The translations under genes were made by a program, and so were the position numbers. The notes under the pieces were generated by a model. It was not told the origin of the DNA. It searched no databases and saw only the letters and a program-made list of their open reading frames with translations. This document shows, in pieces, positions 38,505 to 50,258 of a stretch of DNA of 64,000 nucleotides. The first letter of the stretch is position 1. The number at the start of each line of letters is the position of its first letter. Source of the stretch: Octopus vulgaris (taxonomy: Eukaryota); the NCBI GenBank assembly GCA_951406725.2, contig OX597822.1:87234001-87298000 (forward strand), read 5' to 3'.

Positions 38505-39675
38505 TCATCATCATTTAACGTCCTTGAGGCCCAATGCTGAAAAGGTGCCTTTTATGTGTCACTGGCACAAATGCCCGTTACATGACACCAGCACTGGCCA
38601 CAACTACGATTTCACTTGGCTTGACAGGTCTTCTGAAGCATAGCATATTGCCAAAGGTCTCAGTTACTAGTCATTGCCTCTGTGAGGCCCAAAATTCAAG
38701 GATCATGCTTTACTACCTCTTCCTTGGTCTACCTCTACCACAGGTTCCCTCCACAGTTAGAGATCAGCACTTCTTTACACACCTGTCCTTGTCCATACAC
38801 AGCACATGACCATACCAGCACAGTTGTCTCTCCTACACACTGCATCTGATGCTTCTTATGTGCAACTTTTCTCTCAAGAGGCTTGCACTCTGTTGTATAT
38901 GCACACAGACATTGCATATCCAGCCAAGCATACTGATTTCATTTCTTTCAAGTTTATGCATGTCCTTGGCTGTCACAGCCCATGTTTCACTGCCATGTGG
39001 CATGGCTGTTCGCACACAAGCATCATACAATCTGCCTTTCACTCAGAGGGAGAGGCCCTTTGTTGCCAGCAGAGATAGGAGCTCTCTGAATTTTGCCCAG
39101 CCTATACTTATTTTCACAGCTATGCTCTTGGAGCATCCATCTCCACTACTAACTTGGTCACCTAGATAACAGAAGCTATCTACTACCTCTTGCTTTCCCA
39201 CCTGGCATTTAATGGCGTCTATTTTCTGTATATTTTTTATGTTTATTGTACCTGTGCATCCTCCACACACAAAAGCTATTTTCCCTATTAACCTTCCTCT
39301 GATGTTTCTGCACCTCCTATGTGTCCATAGCTTACATTGGGTACATCTTATGGATTTTCGACCTATACCTTCTCTACAGATCGAGCAGCGCCATCTACCT
39401 GAAGGGATTTGTGATTTGTCTGCCTTCCTACTTACTGAGACTTGGGTTTTTGCTAGGTTAACTCTAAGGCCCTTTGATTCTAGACTTTGCTTCCATACAT
39501 GAAATTTTTTATCTAGTTCTGGTGGTGATTCAGCTATTAGAACAAGGTAAACAGCATAGAGGAGATCCCAAGGGCAGCCTGTCTTGAATTCCTTTGTTAT
39601 TACCTGGATGATTATGATGAACAAGTGGGGGCTGATGAGCGATTCTTGGTGAACCCCTACTTGTACCCTGAATTC
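38505..39675 (-). mobile_element. RTE-PHD LINE 3' part
   Basis: ORF 39043..39624 (LLYA..LVL, PHD-like C..C..C..C..H..C..C..C, FCYLGD) and KGRLYDACVRTAM. Confidence 0.88.
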
Positions 39676-39679
39676 TTTT

Positions 39680-40330
39680 CACAATCAAGGCATCCAAAAT
39701 CAGTTCAAAGTGAATTTCGCTTAGAATTTAACTAATTTTGAACCACCTCCAAAACCTTTGTGTTGACATCTATTCTAAGAACTTTCAGAACAAGAAAGCT
39801 GGAAACTATGATGGTCATCTGAAGGTCAATTGTCCTCAGTTGTTTTGCCTATTACTCCTAACTATGGTCACAACATAGTGTAAATTTAATGGTGGAACTT
39901 GAAGTATTCAGACTAACTATTAGGAAAGACTCAAGAGATTAAAACTCTATACCCTGGAGCAAAAGTGGAAAAGATAAACTGTAATATACATCTAGAAAAT
40001 CCTGGAAGAACTTGTCCCAAACTTTGACATTAAAATTTATACTAACACCAGAACAAGATACCATTGCATAGTGTCAAAGATTCCACCCTTGCCATCAAAA
40101 TACCAGACCCGACACTACTTGTGATTTAAAGGCCTACAGTTTTTCAATAGCCTTTCAAAAGGCTTGAGTGATCTATATGGGGTGGATGTAGATGTCTTTG
40201 AATCAGAACTGTATTTTCTACTGACAAGAGTCCCTGATGAGTAATCTTCACAGCTGGAAATGCAAATGAGGGCAGAAACATCAAACTTCCTCATTTACCA
40301 AATGCCACAGTGAACCTGAAGCTGTAATTT
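39680..40330 (+). mobile_element. CR1-clade LINE 3' end
   Basis: KLYTLEQ..ER, IY..KILEELVPN and VPDE motifs. Confidence 0.7.
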
Positions 40331-40352
40331 CAAAGAGGAGTTATGCCTGCAC

Positions 40353-40397
<45 letters not shown>

Positions 40398-40489
40398 TGT
40401 GTGTGTGTGTGTATGTGTATCAGTGTATGTATATATGTATGTATTCACAGACACAATCATTCCTACTCATGTTTTGTTTCATGTTTCAG

Positions 40490-40573
40490 ATGCAATCATC
40501 TGACCTGTTTCAAGAGCCATTCAGTGTCAGTTGTCAACAAACTAAGTATACTTGATGTTGAAATTTTCATAGA
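40490..40573 (+). CDS. PKD1L1: PKD1L1-like exon, GPS cleavage site: KCNHL|TCFKSHSVSVVNKLSILDVEIFI
   Basis: atgtttcAG / GTaagt; canonical C-x-H-L-T-x-F. Confidence 0.95.
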
Positions 40574-41544
40574 GTAAGTTGAGCAATTTGTATTCAACAA
40601 TTATACATTTTCCTCCATTGCTTCTGTCTGTTATAATAATCATCTGTTACAGCTTTGATTTTTTGACTGAGCCTCATTCATTGTTAGTTGATAGGTTTAA
40701 TTGAAATCTTTTTCACTGTTAGATTTTATGACATTCTAAATTAGATAATTCTTCAAAATAAAATAAAAATTTAATATTTCAATGTAGTTGACTGATTCAG
40801 CTTATTTTCAGAATCTGCATCAAAAGTTCAATACTTTTGAATGCAAAATCTTCTCCAGGATTGCTGATTTAAAAGTAAAGTTCCAGATTGTTTATCTAGG
40901 GACTTTCATACACACGCACACACACATACACGCACACACACACACATTCTCTCTCTCTCTTTCTCCCTCACCTTTTGTATATCTACCAGAAGAGATTTGT
41001 TCTCCCTACAATTCACCTCTTGTAGCAGAATTTTGAATTTCTGTCGTATCCCACCAGTGCCTAATTTACTCAGTTCTGGCACTTCTCTTTCATAGTCTGA
41101 CACGTATATTAACTTTGTTGACAGAGGTGTCTTCTTTCAGCTCTGGTGGTCGTACTCAGTTACATGAAACTATTTTGTCAAATGACGAAGGTTAACAAAT
41201 TGCGCAGGAAGATTCTCATAATCTCTACGAATAAACACTGATTAATTCAAGAAAATATTGTTCTTATTTAAATCATCTGGTTGTTGTTATTGTTGTCGAT
41301 GACGATGACCATCATCATCATCATCATCATCCATCAAGCACTGCACTGTCCAATATGTTTTCATTTTTGAAGATGGTTATGTGATTTGAGGGAGATTTGA
41401 CTTCTATCTTTATCAGATCATGACTACATAAAGGCTCCTTTATTGCTTCAAACTGCAGGTAGCCTATCTTTCAATTATTTTCACTATGTTTTGGTATGAT
41501 TCCTTAAGTTTTTTAAACATTGCCTCTCTCTCTCACACTTTCAG

Positions 41545-41752
41545 CCCTAATGTAAACCCAATACCAACAGTTCTTACTATTGTGCTTCTCTTCGTCTACT
41601 CCGTGCTCCTTTTCCTATGTCACAAGGCAGATCTACATGATGCCAAAAAGAATGGTATCATTTACTTAGAGGATAATTCTGATACAGACCGACAGAAGTA
41701 TGAAATCATTGTGGAAACTGGGTTTCGTAAAGGAGCTGGGACAACTTCAAAA
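41545..41752 (+). CDS. PKD1L1: PKD1L1-like exon: TM1 and start of PLAT (YEIIVETGFRKGAGTTSK)
   Basis: ctttcAG / GTaagt; hydrophobic helix followed by PLAT beta-1 motif. Confidence 0.95.
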
Positions 41753-42062
41753 GTAAGTAGTCTACAGATGAGAGCAAAATTTTCTTTTTTTTCTATCTTC
41801 ATTTCTATAGACATTTAATGGTGTTTGGGGAGCAATGCAATTCACTCACACTATTCACAAAATGCCTGGAAATTTGTTGCATATATTATCATAATGACAA
41901 TCAACGTTATTTCTTCTTTAGATATAAGTTTGAAAGCCAAGTAAACAGAGAAGGGTTACAACTAGATGAAATATCCAAATGCACAAGTTTCCGATATCCA
42001 ACTTAATTTATACACATTTTACTAATACAAATAATAACTACAACAATTAGTAGCATAAAACA

Positions 42063-42127
<65 letters not shown>

Positions 42128-43325
42128 AATTAGCTAAACTTATTATATAAGTAATTTATGTCTACATCTAATTTTTTGTTCGTCTAGGAAATTAAACAAT
42201 ATTTTATTATTAGTTAATAATATCTCCTTAAATTCGTTAGTACATTATAACCAAAAATTACTACCTATTCAATATGATTTTGCCTTACCTTACAAACTAT
42301 CTCCCAATTAAAATTGTACTTAATATTTTTAGATTTGTACCCTCTGTGTACAACCGTATCAGTAAATAAATTCAATAAGTAAATTACAACCAACTCGTAA
42401 CTACGTAACTAAACAATGACCAATCCATTAAGTCATACAAAAATTATAATTCCTACTGTTTTCCATAGTATAATATAAAAGTAAAAGCTTAATAACCACA
42501 TTCATCCAATTAATTTATAGGCAGGATTAAACACTAACTTTAATAAAAGTACAACAAAGAAACATATAAACCAATGTACACTGTATTTGTATTAATAGTA
42601 AACTGCAATAAACTAAATTATTTGCTAAATCGTGACCAATCTTTAAGTCCATACAAATAATAATCCCACCAGTCTTCCATAGTTACTACTATAATAAAAA
42701 AAAAAGTGAAGCTTTATATAAATCTCTCCAAAACAAAGCAAACACGATTGAAATTAATTTAACTAATAATATAATAATTATGGGTGAAATACATTATTTC
42801 ATTATTCAAAAGTTAATAATAAAACACCACATACTCATTAATATGTCACCACCACAGGCTATAATATTAAATTACCAGTAACTAATAGAAATATTAAATT
42901 TTATTAAATAGGAATTAATAAAAGTACTTGTAATTAACTTTTATTATAAAGCCTTGCTATGTTTAAAGCTAATTAAAACTGTTTAAAAGATAATAAAACT
43001 ACAAGTATTAACACTTACATGTTTTATCAGAGACCAAGAATTTAAAGGACCAACTTCAATATTGATGATGTAGTGCATAATTACTACTTCCTCAATTGTC
43101 TCAAACAATATTGGTGACATAGAAAGCAAATAACTCGAATCGTAAACCTTCCAAATCCTTACAAATATTTGCTAAGTTGAAGACTAGATACTACTCCATA
43201 TTTATTTGAAATTTCAAGTTTCTCACCTAAACAGCGATTAAAAGTTTTAACCAATTTACCATATTTATTACCCTTGTTTTACAAAATGTCGTAACAGTAT
43301 TTATTCTTTCCCAAAATTATATATG

Positions 43326-43434
<109 letters not shown>

Positions 43435-43479
43435 TCATCATCATCGTTAACGTTAGCTTTCCATGCTAGCATAGGTTGG

Positions 43480-43519
<40 letters not shown>

Positions 43520-43751
43520 CATACCTACATAGGTTTTGGTAGATAGGTGAAGGTGTGGGAGTGTAGTAGAAATTCATTATAATAACACCTACATGCATGC
43601 ACACACAAACACATCTTTTTCTCTTTCTCACACTCATCCATTCAACTATGTCAGCTGTTTTTCTCATCTAATCTAATTTTCTCCTCCTATTTCCATGTTA
43701 AAATAATTTAAATGCCAATGTACTGTAAGAAGGTTTCTCTTTCATTTTCAG

Positions 43752-43861
43752 ATCAGTATTATTCTTCATGGTGAATATGGCATGTCTGAAACTAGAGAAC
43801 TGATATCTGATGATGAGAAGCCCCTCTTTGAGAGAAACTCTCGTGATAAATTTGTTATGAC
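43752..43861 (+). CDS. PKD1L1: PKD1L1-like exon (PLAT): ISIILHGEYGMSETRELISDDEKPLFERNSRDKFVM
   Basis: ttttcAG / GTtagt; PLAT FERN..D.F motif. Confidence 0.95.
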
Positions 43862-44089
43862 GTTAGTATTACATTGCTTGTAACATTATTGAGATTTAAC
43901 TATATTCAATACCTACTTGTGTCTTGTGTTTGTTTAGTGCAGATATTTTCATGAAGGGGTTTCCATGACACTGTACTGACAAACAGTCACATGATATATT
44001 ATTGTGCAAATTGCTTATGGTACATAATGTAATATATGTGATATATATAATCTAATAAATATACGATATATATATATATATATATATTC

Positions 44090-45410
44090 ATAGAGGCCAG
44101 TCGCGGGAAGAATTCCTCTGCCAACGGACTCCACACCTTATCACCTTCCAGGTGGCGCCAGAGATGTCTCAACCTCAGCGCATGTCTGCGCATCATTAGC
44201 CAAGGCATTCCCAGCCCACCCTTTAACGGTTTCTGGCAGCAAATTGAGCACCTTACAATTGGCTTTCCTCCCTTCCACAAAAAGTAGAAAAGGAGTCGTT
44301 CCAACTTGTTTAGTGATGAATCAGAGCAAGGGGCAACAATCAGGCGGTAGGTGATTACAGATGCAATAAACACCTGTACCACCTCCACCCTTCCTTTCAA
44401 GGACAGAGCCCTTCCGGACCACTACTGTACTTCGGCTTCTACCTTGTCTGCCACCTCGCTCCAATTCTTCTCCATCTGAGAGTCTTGGCCAAACCAAACT
44501 CCAAGCAACTTAACAGGACCATCTGTCCAGTGCCCCACGATACTGGACAATATCGACTTGCTCCTCCAGGTGCCGAGGCACAAGCCGATGGACTTGTCCC
44601 TGTTAACTTTTGCCCTGCCACTGCTTCATATCCTCTGAGAGCATCTTCTACACGAGGTAGCTGTGCTTTGTTGGACACGATGAAGGTGACATTATCCGCA
44701 TAAGCAGAAACAGACTTACAACATCCAATTTCATTAGGGTTGCCTCCTAACTTCTCCAGCCACCGCAGTAATGGCTCTAGAGCCAACACGTACAGAAGTG
44801 GAGATAAGGGACACCCTTGATGAACTGAGCGCTTGATCGAAAATGGCTCCATCAGGTAACCGTTTATCTGGACAGTGGACTTGATGCCACTGTACATAGC
44901 GGAGATCCACCTGCGAAAGCCAGGGCCTAGCCCAGCTACTTCAAGGACCACCGCCAGGTACCAGTGGTCAACCCTATCAAATGCTTTACTTTGGTCTAAA
45001 TGGACCATTGCCCATTAGCTTTGCCAGCTAATTTTCCAACCCTGTCTAAAGTGTAGTGGAGAAAGAGAAGATTATCCTGGATCGACCTACTAGGGATTGC
45101 ACATGTCTGTGCCCTCCCTACAAGTTTCTCCATGACAGCCGTCAACCTTTTTGCTAATACCTTCGCCAAAATCTTTAACTCTACATTAAGCAGAGTTATG
45201 GACCTGTAATTACTAATACTGTCCCCCTTGCTCAGGTCTTTCTGGACCAGCGTCACCACTCCCCAGCTCACAGAACTGGGAATTCTCCCATTCTGTTGCC
45301 AGTTTGCAAGCTTGCCAGTATATCCCCGAACAAGTCCGACATACAACAATAAAACTCATAGGGCAGACCATCCATCCCCGACAACTTTTCCTCGGCGCAC
45401 TCCCTTGTTC
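44090..45410 (-). mobile_element. Tx1/L1-clade LINE RT fragment
   Basis: DGLPYEFY, NYRSITLLN.ELKILAKVLA.RL, LDQSKAFDRV, QGCPLSPLLY, AYADNV and GGLGMP motifs. Confidence 0.9.
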
Positions 45411-45966
45411 AAAAATATAAGGACACAGATTGTGTCATATAGCCAGCTGAAAACAATGTCTCCTGGGGCTAAATTACAGCAACATTCATCCTAAACCAGG
45501 ACTGCCATGTTATGTTGGCAAACAATCTTTACTCCAAAGTTCTGTTGCTGAATATCTCTTGTTGTGAAATTTAAAAATTGCAATTTTCCAAATATATAGA
45601 TATTTATATATTAATATTTATATAGATATTTATATATAATACCAGAGCAAATGTACACAGAGTATATAAACACAGAAAATTAAAGGGGAGAAGTTATCGT
45701 ATTATAGGTCCGGCAGCTGTTTCTGGGGGCTCAGAGTTATTTCTTAATGTTGGCAGATGTAGTTTAACAGAATATGCAACCAATAATGGAAGCAAATAAA
45801 CATTGGATAGATTCAGTCTCTGTCTTCAGGGTGGAGAGATAAGAATCCAGCATATATCTATATATCCTTTTACTTGTTTCAGTCATTTGACTGCAGCCAT
45901 GCTGGAGCACCGCTTGTTAAGCGATGTTGGGGGAGGTGGGGACAAATACAGACGCACATACATATA

Positions 45967-46012
<46 letters not shown>

Positions 46013-46423
46013 GACAGGCTTCTTTCTATCTACCAAATCCACTCATAAGGCTTTGGTTGACCCAAGGTTATAGTAGAAGACACTTACCCAAAATGCCATG
46101 CAGTGGGACTGAACCCAGAGCCATGTGCTTGGGAAGCAAGCTACTTACCACACAGCCACTCCTGTACCAATATATTTATATAGTATATCATTAGTATGCA
46201 TATATATAATGGACTTGATTCAGTTTCGAGCTATCAAATCCATTCACAAGGCTTTCGTCAGTTTGGGGCTGTAGTAGAAGACCTTTGCCTAAGGTGTTAT
46301 CCTGTAGGACTGAACCTGAAACCACATGATTGAGAAATAAATTTTTCAACTACACAGCCACACCTGCACCTATTAATATATATATATATATATGTGTGTG
46401 TGTTTTGTTTTCTCTATTTGCAG

Positions 46424-46533
46424 ATTACCTGATAGTATTGGCAAATTGCAGAAGATTCAACTTTGGCATAACAACTCAGGAACTTCTCCCAGTTGGTACT
46501 TAAGTCGAGTCATTTTGAATGACTTAAACTCAG
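46424..46533 (+). CDS. PKD1L1: PKD1L1-like exon (PLAT): TLPDSIGKLQKIQLWHNNSGTSPSWYLSRVILNDLNS
   Basis: tatttgcAG / GTtagt; WH.NSG.SPSW.L motif. Confidence 0.95.
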
Positions 46534-46720
46534 GTTAGTAGTTCTGATGTTCACTTCTCTCTCTCTCTCCCTATCTATTTACACCCCCACATCTCTCCAT
46601 GTTTGTATGTGTGTGTGTGTATATATATATATATATGTATAAGGGTGGAAAGGAACACACGAGTTGATATATATGAAAAAACAAGTCAAAAATAGAAAAT
46701 GCTAAGATAATTTTATAGTG

Positions 46721-46773
46721 AATCTTTCAGTACCAGTTTTGGTCATTTTGAGACCTTTTCAACTGTAACGATT
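46721..46773 (-). ncRNA. Mirror copy of the hammerhead, probably inactive (GAAA>AAAA, CCGG>CTGG)
   Basis: Reverse complement reads cag TTGAAAA GGTC tcaaaat GACC AAAA CTGG TA ctg. Confidence 0.6.
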
Positions 46774-47021
46774 AAATAATTAAATTTAGAAAAATTAGAA
46801 GAAAAGTTTTTTTAAAAGAATATTTCTATAGTAGTGTTCAGATATAAGTAGCATTCTGCCTTTCTCTGACTCCCTTGTTTGCACTTGTGTGTTCGAGGTC
46901 GAACACACAAGTGCAAACAAGGGAGTCAGAGAAAGGCAGAATGCTACTTATATCTGAACACTACTATAGAAATATTCTTTTAAAAAAACTTTTCTTCTAA
47001 TTTTTCTAAATTTAATTATTT

Positions 47022-47074
47022 AATCGTTACAGTTGAAAAGGTCTCAAAATTACCGAAACCGGTACTGAACGATT
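47022..47074 (+). ncRNA. Minimal type I hammerhead ribozyme (Penelope-like element type), U3-A8 core variant
   Basis: aatcgtt-a-cag | TTGAAAA | GGT-ctcaaaatt-ACC | GAAA | CCGG | TA | ctg-aacgatt. Stem I is 3+7 bp, stem II is present, stem III is palindromic ACCGGT, and predicted cleavage is after GUA at 47064. Confidence 0.75.
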
Positions 47075-47116
47075 CACTATAAAATTATCTTAGCATTTTC
47101 TATTTTTGACTTGTTT

Positions 47117-47172
<56 letters not shown>

Positions 47173-47378
47173 GTCAGGTCATTAAGAATGAAATGTCCAA
47201 TTTTGAACTGAAAGTTTATTTTACTTTATCTCAACGAAAAGCAATGCAGTTAATCAAAGTATGCACCTAAGTATGCACCGAACCGCTAAGTGACAGGGAC
47301 ATAAACACACCAGCATCTGTTGTCAAGCAATGCTAGGGGGACAATCACAGGCACACAAACATACACGCACGCACACAT

Positions 47379-47419
<41 letters not shown>

Positions 47420-47742
47420 ACAGGCTTCTTTCAGTTTCTGTCTACCAAATCCACTCACAAGGCTTTGGTCGGCCCGAGGCTATAGTAGAAGACACTTGCC
47501 CAAGGTGCCACGCAGTGGGACTGAACCCGGAACCTTGTGGTTGGTAAGCAAGCTACTTACCACACAGCCACTCCTGCGCCTATATTATGTATTGAGTCCT
47601 TCTTTATTTTGAAGGTGGTATGATTTGGTTGTAATTTCTAACTGATCAAGTGAACTATAAAGATGTAGTAAAGCCATGCTATATCATTTCTTTTCAGCAA
47701 TAAATCTGTGGCCATGTAAGAAATTGTTATTGTTATTTGTAG

Positions 47743-47849
47743 GTCAGACATATTATTTCATTAGTGAACGTTGGTTTTCTGTGAGCAAAGATGATGGCAG
47801 AGTTGAACGTGAGCTGTGGGCTGCAAAAGATAATGTTGGATTTAATACA
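47743..47849 (+). CDS. PKD1L1: PKD1L1-like exon (PLAT end): GQTYYFISERWFSVSKDDGRVERELWAAKDNVGFNT
   Basis: tttgtAG / GTaagt; Y.F...RW.....DG..ER motif. Confidence 0.95.
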
Positions 47850-48350
47850 GTAAGTTGTCTAAAATGTAACATTTTTTGTTGTTCTTCTCTTTATGTTTAG
47901 TCCTGCAAAATACTATTTTCGCTTTGTTCCAAGTTCTTACCAATCCAAAGATAAATATTCAGCATGGTTAATAAGAATGTGTGATATATTTAAACAGGGG
48001 TTCTTGAAGGAACTCAAAAGTTCTGTAGGAAGTAAATAAGGAAAACTAGATTTCTTATATAGGATGATAAACATTGTTTCTTAGCATTACATTTCCTTGT
48101 CTTCCTCTGAGACAAAACTAATGTTATTTAATCTCACTTGCTCATTTTATAATTGTTGGATAAAAATAAGTAGTCTTATATTGTAGTATTTAATTTCATT
48201 CTTCTTTGGCCCATGTTTAAATGCTGCACAAAATGATTTTTATCCTCCACTATTTTCTGTTTCTTGCCACAAGTATCCGACATATAAGAGGATAAATTCA
48301 ATTGATAAGTACAGTTTTCTATTGTAATAAAATTCTTTTGTCTGTTGTAG

Positions 48351-48524
48351 ATATTCTTTGCTAAAGGTGCTCAATACATTGCTGATTACCATTTGTGGAC
48401 TTCAATCATAACTAAACCACCACACAGTCGATTCACTAGAGCACAGAGAGTATCTGTTTGCTTGACATTACTCATGGGTTACATGTCCCTGAATGCATTG
48501 TGGTACCATTTTGTCTCAAAAGAG
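48351..48524 (+). CDS. PKD1L1: PKD1L1-like exon (TM2): ...DYHLWTSIITKPPHSRFTRAQRVSVCLTLL...
   Basis: tgttgtAG / GTagag; polycystin-1 signature H.W.S...P..SRFTR.QR. Confidence 0.95.
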
Positions 48525-49698
48525 GTAGAGTGCTTTTTGTTTATCTTTAAAAAAAATTTCACTTCATGTGGGAAGAAATTTAAAAACTAATTGCTTTAAT
48601 TAGTAACAAGAGCATTATATTATATACTTTATTAATGTATATGTCTGTGTTAAGTGTGCTGATATGTAGCAATGAAATATTGGCAGTAAAAACAAGGGAT
48701 CAGCTCAAGTTTGATTCACTGAATAAATGTGTATGGAGGCCCCAGGATTTCACTTCCCCAAAGAACTTGGTTCTTTGGAGGAGTGAAACAGATTGTGTTT
48801 TATAGAATAAGTGAGCACAATTGAACAAAATCTTTAAACGAGTGTATATTGTGCTTATAAGCTCTGTAGAAATCTTCATAGAAATAGAAATATAGTGGAG
48901 AAAATATCTGAATAGTGTAAGATGTCTCTTAAGTGTGAGTTCATTGGCTGTACTCTCCAAATGAAATTTGACAGATGAAATGATACAAAAACGAATGGTA
49001 AAATATATGGGAAATGAGTTGTTTTATAGATCTTCTTCACTTACTAATATATAGATAAGTCAACAAGAAATTCCATGACATTCTAGAAATAGCAACTAAC
49101 TCCCAACCAAATCACATTCTAATGCATTTATAAATGAAACACAAACTGAACAGTTAATATAAAAAACTAATGCAATGGTCATAGTTGGGGCACTTTTGAT
49201 CATAGTTTTGCTCAATCAAAGCTGACCTGGGGCTAAACCACACTAACCTATATATAAAAATGTTGAAGTGATTTTTAATAACTTTTTTTATTCTTGTGAA
49301 AGTACTAATTGAATATTTTGTGTTCTTAGACTAGCTCTAAATGATTCAAAACACACTGGATCTCTTGAGAGTTGCTTATGAACAAAAGTTCTATAAGATC
49401 TTTTCTCTTCAAAGAATAGTTTTCTACAATGGCTGTTCCACTCTACAGATTATTTAGTTTTAAGTTTACACCTTTGGGTTGTGTCCCTGAACAATTTTGC
49501 TTGTTCCAATTTCCTACCGAAATTACCAGTATAAAGGCATCCGGCTTTAAAACAAACAAACAAACAATTGTTTTAACAAAAAAAATAAGCATGTAAAATA
49601 ATAAAAGAAAAGAAAAAACAACTTAGTGAAAAAAAAACACAAGATAGCTTCTACTTAATTCTAATTGCTAAACATCATCTTTGATTTTTAACTTTCAG

Positions 49699-49818
49699 TA
49701 TCGAGGCGAGTTTGGTCTCCTTGATGTGTCTTGGCAATCCATCGCCGTTGGTTTCTGCAGCTGTATTATTACTTTGCCTATAAATTGGATTTTAGTTTTC
49801 CTTTTCAGGAGAACTTTG
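49699..49818 (+). CDS. PKD1L1: PKD1L1-like exon (TM3): YRGEFGLLDVSWQSIAVG...LPINWILVFLFRRTL
   Basis: actttcAG / GTaagt; P.N...FLFR motif. Confidence 0.95.
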
Positions 49819-49954
49819 GTAAGTTAAAACAGTCTTTTATAGTTTTGATATTTCTACAATTGTATAATGAGGACTAAATTGTATTAGCAAACTTTTCAAA
49901 AGCTGAAATGGTTTTAAAATGAAGTATAGATACAATGACATTATTTATAATCTA

Positions 49955-50258
49955 CTAGCAGTATCGCCCGGCGTTGCTCGGGTTTGTAAGGAAAATAACT
50001 ATATAAGCATTTTTAGAGAGTTACTTCCCTTATATAAACCGAGCAAAAAATGCATTAAAAAAACGAAAAAATGATGATAATTTTTTTTTAAATCGTAGAC
50101 TCATCGTAGACGCATGCTATTACCCAGAAGGCCTCGATATGAATCACGACTATAAGATACCCACTTTTGGTTAAACTGCACCGCAAAATGTGGGAGTAGT
50201 TAGGAATCTAAATCAGAGGAGACAGACTCTCACACAACTTCAGTTTTATATATAAAGA
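49955..50258 (-). mobile_element. Non-autonomous Helitron
   Basis: Minus strand 5'-TCtttatatataaaactg ... cccgagcaacgccggg hairpin - atactgCTAG-3', between A and T. Confidence 0.85.

Larger units (their letters stand above)
46667..47128. repeat. Long palindrome: 230-bp arms, 2-nt spacer (GG 46897-46898), 4 mismatches; probable inverted Penelope pseudo-LTR pair in (TA)n
   Basis: Arm-by-arm comparison: inner 152 bp perfect, no indels; flanked by TA microsatellites. Confidence 0.95.

Noticed and set aside
40232-40275. CTGATGAG...GAAA in CR1 tail
   Set aside because: Corresponds to the CR1 VPDE coding motif; stems do not close.
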